Below, one piece after another: positions 62,087-64,000 of a stretch of DNA of 64,000 nucleotides (position 1 is its first letter; each line of letters starts with the position of its first letter). Origin of the DNA: an uncultured Fibrobacterota bacterium (GTDB lineage Bacteria > Fibrobacterota > Chitinivibrionia > Chitinivibrionales > FEN-1185); assembly GCA_963729895.1 (NCBI GenBank), contig CAVSQB010000028.1, forward strand, positions 227,495 to 291,494. The letters run 5' to 3'. Made by a program: the position numbers and the translations under genes. Under the pieces are notes generated by a model. The model did not search any database and had not been told where the DNA came from. It worked only from the letters and a program-made list of their open reading frames with translations.

Positions 62087-62782
62087 TCAATACAACTCGT
62101 TCATGAGCTCCCACAACGACTGGATCGAAAGCGCGGCGGTGTCGCCTTTGAGCGCGATCTCGGAGCGGATATTGGTGGCGTTGCCGAAAATCGTGTTGGG
62201 TCCCGCCAACGGCTGCGATCCTGTCTGGAGATACACGCCGATGGTGTTGTCGGTAATCACGTTACCCACGAGCAGGGGAGTGGCATAGTCTGCCACAACG
62301 CCGTACACGTTACGGTAGAACCGGCAGTTCTTTACATGGGGCGATGCTTTCTTCGTGCAATAAAGCGCACAGTGGTTCCCCGCAAACTCGCATGAGTCAA
62401 ACACCGGACTTGCTTCCCATGCAAGGCACTGATACATGCCCTCGAACCTGCAGTTTCGCAGATAAGCGCCGGCCGCTTTCCCCAGAAAAATGAGGCCATA
62501 CCAGCAGGGTGGCGTTGCGGCGCCGCGCGGCCTGCCCACGCAGGTGAAGATAACGGGCTCGTTTTGGGTTGCCTGGGCGATAAGCAGCCCACGCACTATG
62601 AATTTGTGGTAGCCCGAGAATTTGATGGTTGTGCCCGGTTTGATGGTGCAGGTAACGCTTTCCGGCACTTCGAAATTCGCTTGGAGAACAGTGTCCTTCG
62701 CTATGGTAAACGAGTCCCTTTTCGCCGTGGCGGAAGCAAACAGGGCGAGGAGAATGATGATGGCCGAAGCGGTCAGTTTCAT
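62087..62782 (-). CDS. Secreted right-handed parallel beta-helix protein
   Basis: Signal peptide; TIKPGTTIKF...IVRGLL...PVIFT; repeated SPxxxNCxFxxN units. Confidence 0.8.
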   Translation of the reverse strand: MKLTASAIIILLALFASATAKRDSFTIAKDTVLQANFEVPESVTCTIKPGTTIKFSGYHKFIVRGLLIAQATQNEPVIFTCVGRPRGAATPPCWYGLIFLGKAAGAYLRNCRFEGMYQCLAWEASPVFDSCEFAGNHCALYCTKKASPHVKNCRFYRNVYGVVADYATPLLVGNVITDNTIGVYLQTGSQPLAGPNTIFGNATNIRSEIALKGDTAALSIQSLWELMNELY

Positions 62783-62791
62783 AGGCCGTAC

Positions 62792-63604
62792 TCAGTTCGC
62801 CAGATGAAGTTCGATGGCTTCCTTCCACGAAATCCGAAACGCGCCGTTGGTTGCCGCAGGGACCTCGAAAAGCATGGAGGCGCGGTCGAGCGTTTTGTTC
62901 GTGACATTGACAATTGCCGATCCCGTGCCGCTTCCCCTCGGCGGAACGTCGGTGGGAAGGCCCGTGGCGCCGTGATCCCTGAATTCCACACGATAGATGA
63001 ATTTCCACGAAAGGGCCGCACGTGTGCTGCCGTCGCTGACAAAAAGGCTGTCCAGCAAGAATGACTGGTACAGATGGCCGACGGCATTGCCTCGCTTTGT
63101 GTCAAGAGGCATGGTTCGCTCCCGTTCCCACATTGAACCTGCGCGGAGAGGCACGTTGGGGAGCGCAGGGATGGTTTTGGCCAGGTCTTTGCAGAGGTCC
63201 CACTCGCCTATGCGCACCTGCGGCGCGGCAAGGGAATCTTCGGGTACGATGACGCCATCGGCAAGCGCCCAGGAAAGCCGTACGGCTTTTGCCTGCTCCT
63301 CCAGGTTCATGAGTTCGGCGTTTCCCAGAATGTTGGAAGAAACGGACACCCATGCCACATTCGCGTGAAGCAAGTTCGGGTTGTTTGCGTCGGCTTTCCC
63401 GCTCAGCGTGCATTGCGCCGAACTCGCGAATGTCCTCTGCGTGTCGGCCGAGACGCTGATGCCGCTGATATCGGCGCGGAGCGAATACCGCCATTCGGCA
63501 CGTTTCGAGAAATCAAGCGAGAGCCGGACGGCACGCCCGTTTCCGCATGCGCCAGCGAGCACAAAAGCGACAAGCGAAACAATATGCCGTTTCTTAATGA
63601 CCAT
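62792..63604 (-). CDS. Hypothetical lipoprotein
   Basis: Lipobox AGAC after a hydrophobic stretch; start placed at MVIKK (uncertain). Confidence 0.55.
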   Translation of the reverse strand: MVIKKRHIVSLVAFVLAGACGNGRAVRLSLDFSKRAEWRYSLRADISGISVSADTQRTFASSAQCTLSGKADANNPNLLHANVAWVSVSSNILGNAELMNLEEQAKAVRLSWALADGVIVPEDSLAAPQVRIGEWDLCKDLAKTIPALPNVPLRAGSMWERERTMPLDTKRGNAVGHLYQSFLLDSLFVSDGSTRAALSWKFIYRVEFRDHGATGLPTDVPPRGSGTGSAIVNVTNKTLDRASMLFEVPAATNGAFRISWKEAIELHLAN

Positions 63605-64000
63605 GCGATGGTGTTTCTTCTTGAGAGATGCGGGCGCCATGGTAAACTTGAAAAGAAGCTTCGGTTCCTTCCGTGTAAAATAGTTTCCGACACAAGAAAA
63701 ACCGTATGCAAGCGTGCACAAAGACATGAACGGCTTGAGCTCGCCTGCTTCACCACGACACATGCTCGCAAGGACCGAACATTTTCTATTTCGCCCGGGA
63801 CGGGTTTGCGTCTGACAGAGCAGCGCGTCATTGCATCGGCGTGCGCTTTGGCGGGCGAACGAGAGCGTTGGGACGATCAATCGGAAGGTTATCCCTGCTC
63901 TGTTTCAAATAATGCAGAGGCATTTAATCATCAGAATCAGACATGTTTGTTGTGGCGCCATCGTTATTCATTTTATTTCAATGTGTTAGTTGCGTATATG

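Noticed and set aside
1..64000. CRISPR array, cas genes, or a reverse transcriptase (DGR/retron)
   Set aside because: No regularly spaced repeat-spacer array and no YADD-type or Cas motifs in any long ORF

Overview
Bacterial chromosomal window, most likely from a Fibrobacterota (Chitinivibrionales-like) organism, inferred from a TIGR02147-type gene and several secreted proteins with a C-terminal sorting-type domain. Left (1-14.4 kb): envelope and secreted carbohydrate-active genes, including a GH2, and an IS3 copy. Middle (14.5-46.5 kb): a stack of integrative elements centred on one minus-strand tRNA-Lys(CTT) at 29268-29343. Island 1 (~9.66 kb, intact tyrosine integrase, phage-satellite-like) duplicates the 3' half of the tRNA. 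Island 2 (~17.1 kb; integrase broken by IS21; type III R-M with a nested PIN gene; a HEPN operon; a divergent Rep_trans-like ORF; ~1 kb of highly structured non-coding DNA) instead duplicates the 5' half and separates the tRNA from its native promoter. A probable third island remnant to the left carries a broken GH16 and an IS1182-interrupted FGE-sulfatase gene whose 3' end looks like a DGR variable region; a 96-bp IS1182-derived MITE lies beside it. Right (46.7-64 kb): core genes, namely an attenuator-controlled ilvB-ilvN-ilvC-leuA-leuB-cimA-ilvE cluster studded with structured intergenic repeats, an acyltransferase, ychF and a second, frameshifted IS3 copy inside a membrane-protein gene. All protein-family calls come from recognising motifs by eye; no searches were run.
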